Assembly: GCA_040508085.1 (NCBI GenBank)
Contig: JBEVNO010000064.1
Coordinates: forward strand, 14,426 to 78,425
Direction of reading: 5' to 3'
Length of the DNA stretch: 64,000 nt
Source of the DNA: Steroidobacteraceae bacterium
Lineage (GTDB): Bacteria > Pseudomonadota > Gammaproteobacteria > Steroidobacterales > Steroidobacteraceae
This document shows, in pieces, positions 11,930 to 20,014 of the stretch (its first letter is position 1; every line of letters starts with the position of its first letter). The position numbers and the translations under genes were made by a program. The notes beneath the pieces are model-generated. The model worked only from the letters and a program-made list of their open reading frames with translations. It searched no databases and was not told the DNA's origin.

Positions 11930-12889
11930 TTAATAAGCGCCGAAAAGCGTTTCATACCGCTGGCGGAACTGCGCCGGCGTGAAGCTGTGGTTCTGCGTGC
12001 CGCGCGACTCGATCTTCAGCGAGCCCAGCAGCGAAGCAATGCGTGCGGTCTTCTCCCAGGGCAGCCCATGCAGCAGCCCGTGCAGCAGGCCCGCGCGGTA
12101 GGCATCGCCGCAACCGGTAGGATCGACCACAGCCCGGGCGGGCGCCGGCGGAATCGCCAGCTTGCCGTCGGCGGTATACACCGTGGAGCCTTCGCCGCCG
12201 TGGGTGACGATCAGCGCGGCCACGCGGGCGGTTACGTCCGCCTCGCTCCAGCCGGTGCGCTCGGCCAGCAGGTTCCATTCGTATTCGTTGACGGTGACCC
12301 AGCTGGCCTGCTCGATGAAGGCTTTCAGGTCTTCGCCGCCGAACATGGGCAGCCCCTGGCCCGGATCGAAGATGAACGGGATGCCGGCGGCCGCGAAACC
12401 GGCGGCGTGCTGGATCATGCCATCACGGCCGTCCGGCGCCACGATGCCGACCGATACATTCTGCGCATCGGCCACTTTATTCAGATGCGAGTGGCCCATC
12501 GCGCCGGGATGGAAAGCGGTGATCTGGTTGTTGTCCAGGTCGGTGGTGATGAATGCCTGGCCGGTATGCTCCGCCGCAACGGTGCGTATGTATTCGCGCG
12601 AGATGCCGTGCTGGTCCAGCCATTCGGCATACGTCCCGAAGTCGTGTCCCACCGCGGCCATGATGCAGCCGGAATCGCCCATCAGCTTCAGATTCCAGGC
12701 GATGTTGCCGGCGCAGCCGCCGAACTCGCGCCGCATCTGCAGCGTCAGGAACGACACATTCAGCATGTGCAGCTTGTCGGGCAGGATATGGTTCCGGAAA
12801 TGGTCGTTGAACACCATGATGGTGTCGAACGCCATCGAGCCACAGATCAGCGCCCTGCCGGGCTGGATGACTGGCTGCTTCATGCTCAC
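11930..12889 (-). CDS. PfkB-family carbohydrate/nucleoside kinase (candidate adenosine kinase)
   Basis: The PfkB signatures are GGCAGNIAWNL and the C-terminal DPTGCGDAYRAGLL. The adenosine-kinase assignment is inferred only from position next to metK/ahcY. The start is GTG 12889 or ATG 12883. Confidence 0.75.
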   Translation of the reverse strand: MSMKQPVIQPGRALICGSMAFDTIMVFNDHFRNHILPDKLHMLNVSFLTLQMRREFGGCAGNIAWNLKLMGDSGCIMAAVGHDFGTYAEWLDQHGISREYIRTVAAEHTGQAFITTDLDNNQITAFHPGAMGHSHLNKVADAQNVSVGIVAPDGRDGMIQHAAGFAAAGIPFIFDPGQGLPMFGGEDLKAFIEQASWVTVNEYEWNLLAERTGWSEADVTARVAALIVTHGGEGSTVYTADGKLAIPPAPARAVVDPTGCGDAYRAGLLHGLLHGLPWEKTARIASLLGSLKIESRGTQNHSFTPAQFRQRYETLFGAY

Positions 12890-13203
12890 TCGTCTTCAGC
12901 GATGGTGACCTTCAGGCCCGCAAGCGCTTCCGTGAACTTGATCTGGCACGACAGGCGCGAGCTGCCGGGACGATAGGTCGACAGGTCCTGCAGCAGGTCC
13001 TTCTCGTCCGAATGCTGCGCTGGCAGCTTCGACTGCCATTCCGCGTCCACATAGACATGGCAGGTGGCGCAGGCGCACATGCCACCACATACCGCCGCCA
13101 CGCCGTAATCGAGGTCTCGCAGGTTCTCCATCAGCGTGAAGCGGGTGTTGCCGTCCACGTCGTGTTCGTTGCCGTCGCGATCGATAACCTTGATCAATGC
13201 CAT
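12886..13203 (-). CDS. 2Fe-2S ferredoxin (adrenodoxin/putidaredoxin type)
   Basis: 105 aa with the Cys pattern CGGMCACATCHV ... RLSCQI typical of vertebrate-type [2Fe-2S] ferredoxins. Confidence 0.85.
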   Translation of the reverse strand: MALIKVIDRDGNEHDVDGNTRFTLMENLRDLDYGVAAVCGGMCACATCHVYVDAEWQSKLPAQHSDEKDLLQDLSTYRPGSSRLSCQIKFTEALAGLKVTIAEDE

Positions 13204-13274
13204 GAGGAGCGCGTGCCTTGAGGGGTAAGCCCGCCATTTTGCCTGCGCGGGCAGTCACTATCCAGCACATTGCG

Positions 13275-13877
13275 TCACAGCCCTCGCAGGCCCCCGCGCC
13301 AGCTTTTCCACCATGCCAGGAAGCCCACGCCGGCAATGCCCAGATAGAAGACATATAGCAGCGCCACCCCTGCCAGCCCCTGCGACAGGAACAGATAGAG
13401 GGAGATAACGTCCACCACGAACCAGTACAGCCAGTTCTCCAGATAGACCCTGGCTGTCATCCACGTGGCTGTCAGGCCCATGCAGGCCACCAGGGAATCC
13501 ACGAACGGGAAGTCCGACTCCCCGGCCAGCAGCAGTGACAGACCGGCAGCCAGCAGCAGGCAGCCCGCCACGGCCAGCGCATGGCCGCGCCAGTGCCAGG
13601 TAGTGACCGGTTTGCGCTGTGCGCTCCCCGACCAGCTGCGCCACCCATAAATGGCGGCCAGCACATAGAACGATTGCAGCAGCGCCTGCATGGGGAGGCG
13701 GCTGCGCGCCGCGAGCACGGCCAGGATGCCGGCGCTGATGGCGCTGAAGATCCAGCCGATGCGGCGCCGGCGCATGATGGCGATGATGTAGATGACGCCG
13801 GTGATAACTGCCAGCCACGCTGCAGGGCCCATCCCCTGCAGGTCGAGCCAGGTACTTGCCAGGAACTCTCCGGTCAT
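13275..13877 (-). CDS. pnuC: PnuC/PnuT-family vitamin permease, paralog 1
   Basis: ATG 13877 makes an ATGA overlap with the kinase stop. It is a polytopic membrane protein with WMTARVYLENWLYWFVVD and a basic RRRRIGW loop, as in nicotinamide-riboside/thiamine Pnu transporters. Confidence 0.75.
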   Translation of the reverse strand: MTGEFLASTWLDLQGMGPAAWLAVITGVIYIIAIMRRRRIGWIFSAISAGILAVLAARSRLPMQALLQSFYVLAAIYGWRSWSGSAQRKPVTTWHWRGHALAVAGCLLLAAGLSLLLAGESDFPFVDSLVACMGLTATWMTARVYLENWLYWFVVDVISLYLFLSQGLAGVALLYVFYLGIAGVGFLAWWKSWRGGLRGL

Positions 13878-14701
13878 CCCCCATTGTGCCCATGCAGCCG
13901 CGCCCACAGTGCATTGAGCACGCTGAACAGGCGCCGCTGCAGTTCCAGACGCTGCTGCGCTGCGCCCTGCAAATTGAGGTGGGCCAGCAGGCGCGGCAGT
14001 TGCAGCTGCAGCTGGGGATAGTAGGCCGTCAGGCAAGCGAGATCCCAGGTGGCGTCTGCCCGCTGCGCGTACTCCCAGTCCACCAGCACCGGCGCCGGTC
14101 CCAGCATGTTGGCGACGACCAGATCGCCGTGAACCAGCACGGGCGGCGCCCCGTGCGCCGCGATTTCGCTGGCCAGCGATTCGACCAGATCCGCACATTG
14201 CGACAACGGCCGCGCTGCCGCGGCACCCTGCGCGGCCAGCTGTTGCAGGTAGCCGCGGGCGATGCCTGCAGCGTCCACCACGGGCAGCTCCTCGGGAACA
14301 GGCAGGGCGTGCAGCCGCACGAGCTGCTCCGCCAGCGCATCAAGCCGGGCGGCATCCTGCAGGTCAGCCACGCTCCACACCGGCAGCTCCAGGAACTCCA
14401 TCAGCAGCCACTGGCCGCGCGCGTCCGCCGCGACCACCCGGGGAGCAAGACCTGCCGCCGCAGCGGCCTGCTGCGCGTGCAGTTCGGTGACTGCTGCAGA
14501 ACCCGGCCGGTCGATGGGAGCCGCGCGACTGCGCCACACGAACCGCCCCAGGCGTGTGTCCACCCGCAGCACCAGATTGCGGCCGCCGCCAGGCAAGGCG
14601 TACACCGCCTGCGGGGGCATTCCCGACTCGCAGCCCGGAATGCACGACCGCACTTCGGGGGGAATCAGGCCCGGGTCGGCTGGCGGTAGCTGTGCAGCCA
14701 T
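13874..14701 (-). CDS. APH/choline-kinase-fold phosphotransferase, ThiK-like (candidate thiamine kinase)
   Basis: Catalytic loop LVHGDLVVANML and VLVDWEYA resemble the ThiK/choline-kinase HxDxxxxN ... DWEY pattern. The start is uncertain (ATG 14701, GTG 14653 or ATG 14620). The rest of the 424-aa track ORF overlaps pnuC paralog 2. Confidence 0.65.
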   Translation of the reverse strand: MAAQLPPADPGLIPPEVRSCIPGCESGMPPQAVYALPGGGRNLVLRVDTRLGRFVWRSRAAPIDRPGSAAVTELHAQQAAAAAGLAPRVVAADARGQWLLMEFLELPVWSVADLQDAARLDALAEQLVRLHALPVPEELPVVDAAGIARGYLQQLAAQGAAAARPLSQCADLVESLASEIAAHGAPPVLVHGDLVVANMLGPAPVLVDWEYAQRADATWDLACLTAYYPQLQLQLPRLLAHLNLQGAAQQRLELQRRLFSVLNALWARLHGHNGG

Positions 14702-15270
14702 GTACGGAAACCCGCGCCTGCAATGACCAGGTAGAGCACGAACAACGCCGCCGTGAACACCAGCCCCTGGGCTGCATAGAGGAACACCAGCACGCTGTCG
14801 ATGGCGATCCAGTACAGCCAGTTCTCCAGCTTCACACGCGCCGTGAGCCAGGTAGCGAGCAGGCTGCCGATGGTGGTGGCCGAATCCAGGTACGGCCATG
14901 CCGCCTGGGTCTCCGTGGCCAGCAACCGCGCCAGCGCGGCGGCCATTGCCAGCACCAGAAGGACGGCAGCCACGTGCAGGCGCCACGACCAGGTGGAAAT
15001 GCGCGGCTGCTCGCCGGCGCGCGACCAGTGCACCCAGCCGTATACCGACATGCCGACGTAGTAGACCTGCAGGCCCGCCTGCATCGGCAGCGCCGCGCGC
15101 GCAAACAGCCACGTGTAGAGCAGCGCGCCGAAGCCGCCCGCCACCCACGCCCAGCGGCTGCGGCGGCGGATCAGCAGGATGTAAGCCAGCCCCAGCAAGA
15201 CCGCCACGCCCTCCGGCAAGGTGGTGGCGCGCAGGCCGTCCAGCAGCCGCTGCAGCAGCAGCTCAGGCAT
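14665..15270 (-). CDS. pnuC: PnuC/PnuT-family vitamin permease, paralog 2
   Basis: Contains WLTARVKLENWLYWIAID and a RRRSRWAW loop, and has the same topology pattern as paralog 1. There is an 8-nt overlap with the upstream small gene. Confidence 0.75.
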   Translation of the reverse strand: MPELLLQRLLDGLRATTLPEGVAVLLGLAYILLIRRRSRWAWVAGGFGALLYTWLFARAALPMQAGLQVYYVGMSVYGWVHWSRAGEQPRISTWSWRLHVAAVLLVLAMAAALARLLATETQAAWPYLDSATTIGSLLATWLTARVKLENWLYWIAIDSVLVFLYAAQGLVFTAALFVLYLVIAGAGFRTWLHSYRQPTRA

Positions 15271-15520
15271 CCGGCAGCAGCGTGTAGTTGCCGATGAACT
15301 TGGTCACGAATATCGCCTTGCCGCTGGCCGCGAAGCTGGTGGCCATCTCCTGCCGCAGCACCTCGAAGATGCGGTCGTGGTCGCCGAACACCTGGGTGCT
15401 GAGATGATTGGTGATGACGTGCAGCCCGGCATGCGCATTCAGCCGTGCGATGAACTCCTTGATGAAGGGGATATATTCATCGTGCAGTGGATACAGGCTG
15501 ATCTCGACGGCGATTTCCAT
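15263..15520 (-). CDS. YkoF/MTH1187-like small protein (candidate thiamine/HMP-binding protein)
   Basis: MEIAVEISLYPLHDEYIPFIKEFIARL..HVITNHLSTQVFGD..IFEVLRQ..AIFVTKF follows the beta-alpha-beta-beta-alpha-beta pattern of the MTH1187/YkoF family. AAGGA lies 7 nt before ATG 15520. The 5' part of the track ORF overlaps the TBDT end. Confidence 0.5.
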   Translation of the reverse strand: MEIAVEISLYPLHDEYIPFIKEFIARLNAHAGLHVITNHLSTQVFGDHDRIFEVLRQEMATSFAASGKAIFVTKFIGNYTLLPDA

Positions 15521-15537
15521 ATGCATGTCCTTGGCGG

Positions 15538-17670
15538 TCAGAAACTGAACGTGGCGGTAACGCCCCACTGGCGCGCGTCACCCTTCTGGGTATAGAGCTT
15601 CGGCTCCCAGTCCGGCGGTTCGTTCGAGAAGAAGAAGCCGCGCACGGCGTAGTCCTCGTCGAACACATTGCGTACCCAGCCATACAGGCTCCAGCGCGCC
15701 TGCTCGTAGCCGAATTTCACATGCGTCAGCGAGTAGGCCTGCGACCTGCGGTCGTGGTCGGTGGGCACGTCGAAATAGAACGCATCCATTGCGGTCACGT
15801 CCACGCGCGCGAACACACCGGCAGGGTTGCGCCACGTGACATTGACGGCTGCGCTGTAACCCGGTGCATGCGCCTGTTCGCGTGAGGCCACCGGATTGCC
15901 CTCTGCGTCAACGCCGCCACCCGAACGCGTGCGCAACAGGCCGAGCGAACCGCCGACCTGCAGCTGCGGTGTCAGTACGTACTGGATGCTGGCCTCGAGC
16001 CCCGCGCTGTAGCCCTTCGGCAGGTTGCCGGTGATGAACACATAGGTATTCGGGTCGGTGGGATCAAGCTGGCTGCCCGTGCGCACCTGCTGGTCCTTGC
16101 GCCACTGGTAGAACAGCGCCAGTTCGGCATGGCCGCGCCCATCCGGCAGCCGCGTCTTGAGCCCGGTCTCCAGGTTCCACAGGTATTCCGGATCGTAGCG
16201 CCGGCTGGCCTCGGGCACCGCGCCCAGATTGAATCCACCCGCCTTGTAACCCCGCGACAGCAACCCGTAGCCGGTCACGCCATCGCTGATCGTCTTGCTG
16301 AGCGACAGCTGCCCGCCCAGCATGCGGTCACGCGCTGCAAGATCGGACGCGCGCGGCTCGCCTCCCACGGTCCCGTCGTCGCGATAACGGCCACGTCGCT
16401 GCTCGGCGCGCAGGCCAGCGGTCCAGTTCCAGGTGGGCGCGAGTACGCCGTTCAGCTGTCCGAACAGCGCCAGGTTGGTGGCGCGATAGCGGTTGTCGAG
16501 CGTGTCCTCACTGGCGTCAACCGGCAGACCCGGGTCGGCGTAGGCCCCGCTGGCGAAATCCTTGCCGCGCTCGACCAGCCGCAACGCGTATGCACCCGCG
16601 AGCCAGGCGATGTGCCCGTCTGCGCCGCTGTCGGGCGATGCCAGCCGCAGCTCCAGGCTGCCCGTTTCGCGGCGGCGGCCGGCGCTGTTGAAATACTCAT
16701 AGGTGTAAGGCGCCCAGCTCGCGCTGTTGCCCCAGTCGCTGTCGAAACTGTTGCGGCTGTCCGAATTGGCGTAGCTCGCAATCGTCGTCAGTGTGTTCGA
16801 GCCGAGCTCCCCGCTGGTCACGCGCAGTGATGCGCCGGTGGCGCGCTGTGCGTCCTTGCCGGGCTGGTCGGAAAGCGTGGTGCGGGAGTTGTCGATGGCG
16901 AAGGCGTCATAGCCATTGTCGATATCGGCGTGCAGGAAGGTGAAATCCAGCTGCGTCGATTCACCGGCCTGCGTGTGCCATTTCAGGCGGGCGGTGAGCT
17001 CGTCGCGGTCATTGGTATCGCGCCCGAGCCATGCGTTGTGCATGAAGCCATCGCTGGCATATCTCTGCACGGACAGGCGCCAGGCGGAGTTCAGCGCCTG
17101 CACGGGCCCCGTGGCAGTGGCGCCGACCGCCCGCGTGCCGTAATCACCGCCGGTGGCCTCCAGCGAATAGCCCGCCTCCGGCTGCGGCTCATTGCTGCGC
17201 ACGACAATCAGGCCCGCCAGCGCGTTGGCACCGTACTGTGTGCCCTGCGGCCCGCGCAGCACTTCGACCTGCTGCAGGTCGAACAGCGTCGCCGGCATGC
17301 CCAGGCCGCTGAAATCCATGTCATCGATGAGGAAGCCGACGGAAGGGTTGGGCGCCCCCTCATATTGTTCCCGCTCGCCGATGCCGCGGATCTGGAAGTA
17401 ACGGGGGCGCGACGTGCCGCCGGCCCAGTTCAGGTTCGGCACCAGGCCGAGCACATCCTGGAAGTGCTGCTGGCCGGCATCGCGCAGGGTGCGCTCATCC
17501 AGCACGGTCACGCTGCTGGCCACCTGCTCCAGGGCCTGCGGGCGCAAGGTGCCCGTGACGATCACCTCATCGAGGATGTCCTCTGCCGCGTGGGCATCGG
17601 GACACATCGTCATGGCAAGGGTTGTCACGGCCGCGGCCATGACGGGGGAATACGCGCGGAATAGCTGCAT
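15538..17670 (-). CDS. TonB-dependent outer-membrane receptor
   Basis: Has a signal peptide ending AHA-AE, TonB box DEVIVTG, plug block VEVLRGPQGTQYGANALAGLI and a C-terminal ...WGVTATFSF aromatic terminus. Confidence 0.9.
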   Translation of the reverse strand: MQLFRAYSPVMAAAVTTLAMTMCPDAHAAEDILDEVIVTGTLRPQALEQVASSVTVLDERTLRDAGQQHFQDVLGLVPNLNWAGGTSRPRYFQIRGIGEREQYEGAPNPSVGFLIDDMDFSGLGMPATLFDLQQVEVLRGPQGTQYGANALAGLIVVRSNEPQPEAGYSLEATGGDYGTRAVGATATGPVQALNSAWRLSVQRYASDGFMHNAWLGRDTNDRDELTARLKWHTQAGESTQLDFTFLHADIDNGYDAFAIDNSRTTLSDQPGKDAQRATGASLRVTSGELGSNTLTTIASYANSDSRNSFDSDWGNSASWAPYTYEYFNSAGRRRETGSLELRLASPDSGADGHIAWLAGAYALRLVERGKDFASGAYADPGLPVDASEDTLDNRYRATNLALFGQLNGVLAPTWNWTAGLRAEQRRGRYRDDGTVGGEPRASDLAARDRMLGGQLSLSKTISDGVTGYGLLSRGYKAGGFNLGAVPEASRRYDPEYLWNLETGLKTRLPDGRGHAELALFYQWRKDQQVRTGSQLDPTDPNTYVFITGNLPKGYSAGLEASIQYVLTPQLQVGGSLGLLRTRSGGGVDAEGNPVASREQAHAPGYSAAVNVTWRNPAGVFARVDVTAMDAFYFDVPTDHDRRSQAYSLTHVKFGYEQARWSLYGWVRNVFDEDYAVRGFFFSNEPPDWEPKLYTQKGDARQWGVTATFSF

Positions 17671-17673
17671 CGA

Positions 17674-17767
17674 CCTGCTCCTTTCGCCGGTACTAACCGG
17701 ATCAAGTTCAACGGGTTCGCCGTGTTGGCGTCTCAGGCTCCGTATGGAGCCACCCCTGGGCAGGCGC
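17674..17767 (-). promoter_or_regulatory. TPP (THI-box) riboswitch
   Basis: The minus strand reads GCGCCUGCCCAGGGGUGGCUCCAUACGGAGCCUGAGACGCCAACACGGCGAACCCGUUGAACUUGAUCCGGUUAGUACCGGCGAAAGGAGCAGG. It contains the invariant GGGGUG, CUGAGA, ACCC and GAAC(U)UGAUCCGG..UACCGGCG.AAGGA blocks. It ends 4 nt before the receptor ATG. Confidence 0.9.
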
Positions 17768-17818
17768 TATGGTAGCGTTGCGGAGTCGGAACACAAGCAC
17801 GAAGCGCAATAACTGACT

Positions 17819-18718
17819 GTGTCACGCATCATCCGCATCTTCTTCGTCGACGCATTCACCGACACGGCGGGGCGCGGCAATCCTGCGGCGGTGGCGCTCG
17901 ACGCCGACCAGCTCACTGAAGTACAGATGCAGGACATCGCACGTGAGCAGCACATCGGCGACTGGGCCTTCGTGCTGTCGCCCTCCTCCTCCGAAGTCGA
18001 CCTCGACGTGCGCTTCTTCAGTCCGCGCAGGGAACTGCCGTTCGTGGGTCATGCCACGCTCGCGCTGCATGCCGTGCTGGCGCGCATCGATCCGCGGCCT
18101 GTGCGCCGCCAGCAGGGCCAGAGCGGCGTAGTCGAGGTGCGCACGCTGCCGGAACCTGCCAGCTTCGCGATCCGCCAGCCGGCACCTGCTCTCGGGCGCC
18201 TGCCTGCCGCCACTGAACTGGGCGATGTACTGGCGTTGCTGGACCTCACGTCGGCCGACCTTGACCCGCGCTGTCCACCGCGCATCGCCGGCGGCGCCAG
18301 CACGCGCCTGCTGCTGGGCCTGCGTGATGGCGCGGCCCTCGACCGGGTGCGACCGCAGCTGTCGGGGCTGGCGGCCATGTCGGCACGACTCGGCGCGCAG
18401 GGCTATTTCCTGTTCGTGCTGCGCAACCACCTCGGCTCACCGGGCACGGAATCGCGCATGTTCTGTCCCGCCATCGGCATCGATGAAGACCCGGTCAGTG
18501 GCAATGCGCACGCCATGCTGGGCGTGTACCTGCATGAGCTGGGTCTGCTGCCTACCCGCAGCCGCGCGGCGCAGTTCGTCGGCCAGCAAGGCCGGCACCT
18601 GGGTCGCGACGGCGAGGTGCAGGTGGTGCTTGAGCTGGATGCAGCCGGTCGTGCGGTGAACGTGGAGATCGCGGGCAAGGCGGTGATCGTGTCCGCCTCG
18701 CAGCTCACACTGGCTTGA
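17819..18718 (+). CDS. PhzF-family isomerase-like protein
   Basis: N-terminus IFFVDAFTDTAGRGNPAAV and internal FFSPRRELPFVGHATLA, MFCPAIGIDEDPVSGNAH match the PhzF family. GTG start. Confidence 0.8.
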   Translation: MSRIIRIFFVDAFTDTAGRGNPAAVALDADQLTEVQMQDIAREQHIGDWAFVLSPSSSEVDLDVRFFSPRRELPFVGHATLALHAVLARIDPRPVRRQQGQSGVVEVRTLPEPASFAIRQPAPALGRLPAATELGDVLALLDLTSADLDPRCPPRIAGGASTRLLLGLRDGAALDRVRPQLSGLAAMSARLGAQGYFLFVLRNHLGSPGTESRMFCPAIGIDEDPVSGNAHAMLGVYLHELGLLPTRSRAAQFVGQQGRHLGRDGEVQVVLELDAAGRAVNVEIAGKAVIVSASQLTLA

Positions 18719-19223
18719 GCTTGCTGGCGTATTCGCGCGCCTTCATGCGGTAGGCCTCGTTTCCTTTCACGATCCATTCCAGATCGCGCGCCTCGACCTG
18801 CCGTACCACTTTGGCGGGCGAACCGAACACCACGGAACCGGGCGGGATCTGCGTACGCGGCGTGACCAGTGAACCCGCACCGATCAGTGACCCCGCGCCG
18901 ATACGCACCCCATCCAGTACCGTCGCCCGGTTGCCGATCAGCGACCCATCGCCGATGGTGCAACCGTGCAGCAGCACGCCGTGCCCGATGGTGACCTGGT
19001 TGCCGAGCACCACCGGCGCGCCCGGATCGACATGAATGATGCTGCCATCCTGCACATTGGTGCCGGCGCCGACATGGATCCAGTCATTGTCGCCGCGCAG
19101 CACTGCGCCGAACCAGATGCTGGATTCGTGCCCGAGCTGCACTGAGCCGATGACATCGGCACTGGGAGCGACGAAGTAGTCACCGTCGGCCAGCAGATGG
19201 CGATCGCCGTAGGAATAGATCAT
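18705..19223 (-). CDS. Gamma-class carbonic anhydrase family / hexapeptide-repeat protein (YrdA/PaaY-like)
   Basis: ATG 19223 (MIYSYGDRHLLADGDYFVAPSADVIG...). Left-handed beta-helix repeats with IWFGAVLRGD and VTIGHGVLLHGCTIGD. Confidence 0.85.
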   Translation of the reverse strand: MIYSYGDRHLLADGDYFVAPSADVIGSVQLGHESSIWFGAVLRGDNDWIHVGAGTNVQDGSIIHVDPGAPVVLGNQVTIGHGVLLHGCTIGDGSLIGNRATVLDGVRIGAGSLIGAGSLVTPRTQIPPGSVVFGSPAKVVRQVEARDLEWIVKGNEAYRMKAREYASKLKPV

Positions 19224-20014
19224 TGCAGGTGCCCTGGCACGATGTCGTCCAGGCCGCCGTCCCCGATGGCCGGTGCCTGGTCGTTGAGTCCGCGCAGAAT
19301 GATATTGGGAATCCTCGTATCGCGGGATGCTTCGCCGGCCCACGCCAGCACGGCGAGGCCGCGCCGCGGCGCCAGCCACAGCCGCAGGCCGGGTTGCAGA
19401 TCGAACCACACCGCATCGCGGGCCAGCAACGGTTCATCGCCCTGCCATGGGGCAGGTGACCGCGCTGCCAGCAGCTGGCGGACAGCGTCGACGGCAACGA
19501 TCCGCTCGCCGCGATAGGCGCCCTGGCCCAGCAGCAGGTCACCGAGCCGCATCCAGTCGTCCAGCCGCGCCTGCAGGCGGGGTTCTTCGCCCTGGCCCAG
19601 CAGCCATGCGTCGTTGGCGCCCAGCGGCACCCAGATCCGCTCGGAGATCAGCGCGGCGCTGGCAGCATCGCCGCGCAGCGCCGGATCAGCCTGCACCCGC
19701 GCCAAGTGCAGCAGCGCAGCCCCTAGTTCGCCGCCGTCCAGCTGCTGCCGGCCGTCGCCTGCAGTGAAGTGTTCGAAGATGCGATGCCCGTGTCGATGCA
19801 CTATCAGCGCCCGCCACCGCTGCTGCGCCGCTGCATCCTGTGCCGCGAGCAATGCGGCAGGCGCGACGGACTCCGCGTCCGCGGTGGCGCGTGCCAGTGC
19901 CGCGGGTGCACCCGCGATGCGTTGCCGCGGCGGCTGCGAAAACCACAGCAGGCCCGCGCCCGCGACGGCCACTGCCAGCGCCACGCCCACGCCTGTCTTC
20001 AGCATGTTTTTCAC
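19220..20014 (-). CDS. Membrane-anchored hypothetical protein, degenerate beta-lactamase/serine-hydrolase-like
   Basis: Has an N-terminal TM/signal segment. SERIWVPLGANDAWL and DDWMRLGDLLLGQGAYRGERIV resemble C-terminal blocks of the beta-lactamase-fold family. The SxxK position reads GELGAALL. 4-nt overlaps at both ends. Confidence 0.5.
   Translation of the reverse strand: MKNMLKTGVGVALAVAVAGAGLLWFSQPPRQRIAGAPAALARATADAESVAPAALLAAQDAAAQQRWRALIVHRHGHRIFEHFTAGDGRQQLDGGELGAALLHLARVQADPALRGDAASAALISERIWVPLGANDAWLLGQGEEPRLQARLDDWMRLGDLLLGQGAYRGERIVAVDAVRQLLAARSPAPWQGDEPLLARDAVWFDLQPGLRLWLAPRRGLAVLAWAGEASRDTRIPNIILRGLNDQAPAIGDGGLDDIVPGHLQ

Noticed and set aside
13229-13252. Hairpin GCCCGC-N12-GCGGGC after pnuC paralog 1 as the thiamine-operon terminator
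   Set aside because: It has a 6-bp stem with a 12-nt loop and only a weak U-containing tail, which is too weak to call from sequence alone.
13874-15148. 424-aa track ORF suggesting a much larger kinase
   Set aside because: Its N-terminal ~150 codons run through pnuC paralog 2 in another frame and are Arg/Ala/Gly junk. The kinase-like sequence begins only after the paralog 2 stop region (candidate starts 14701, 14653, 14620).
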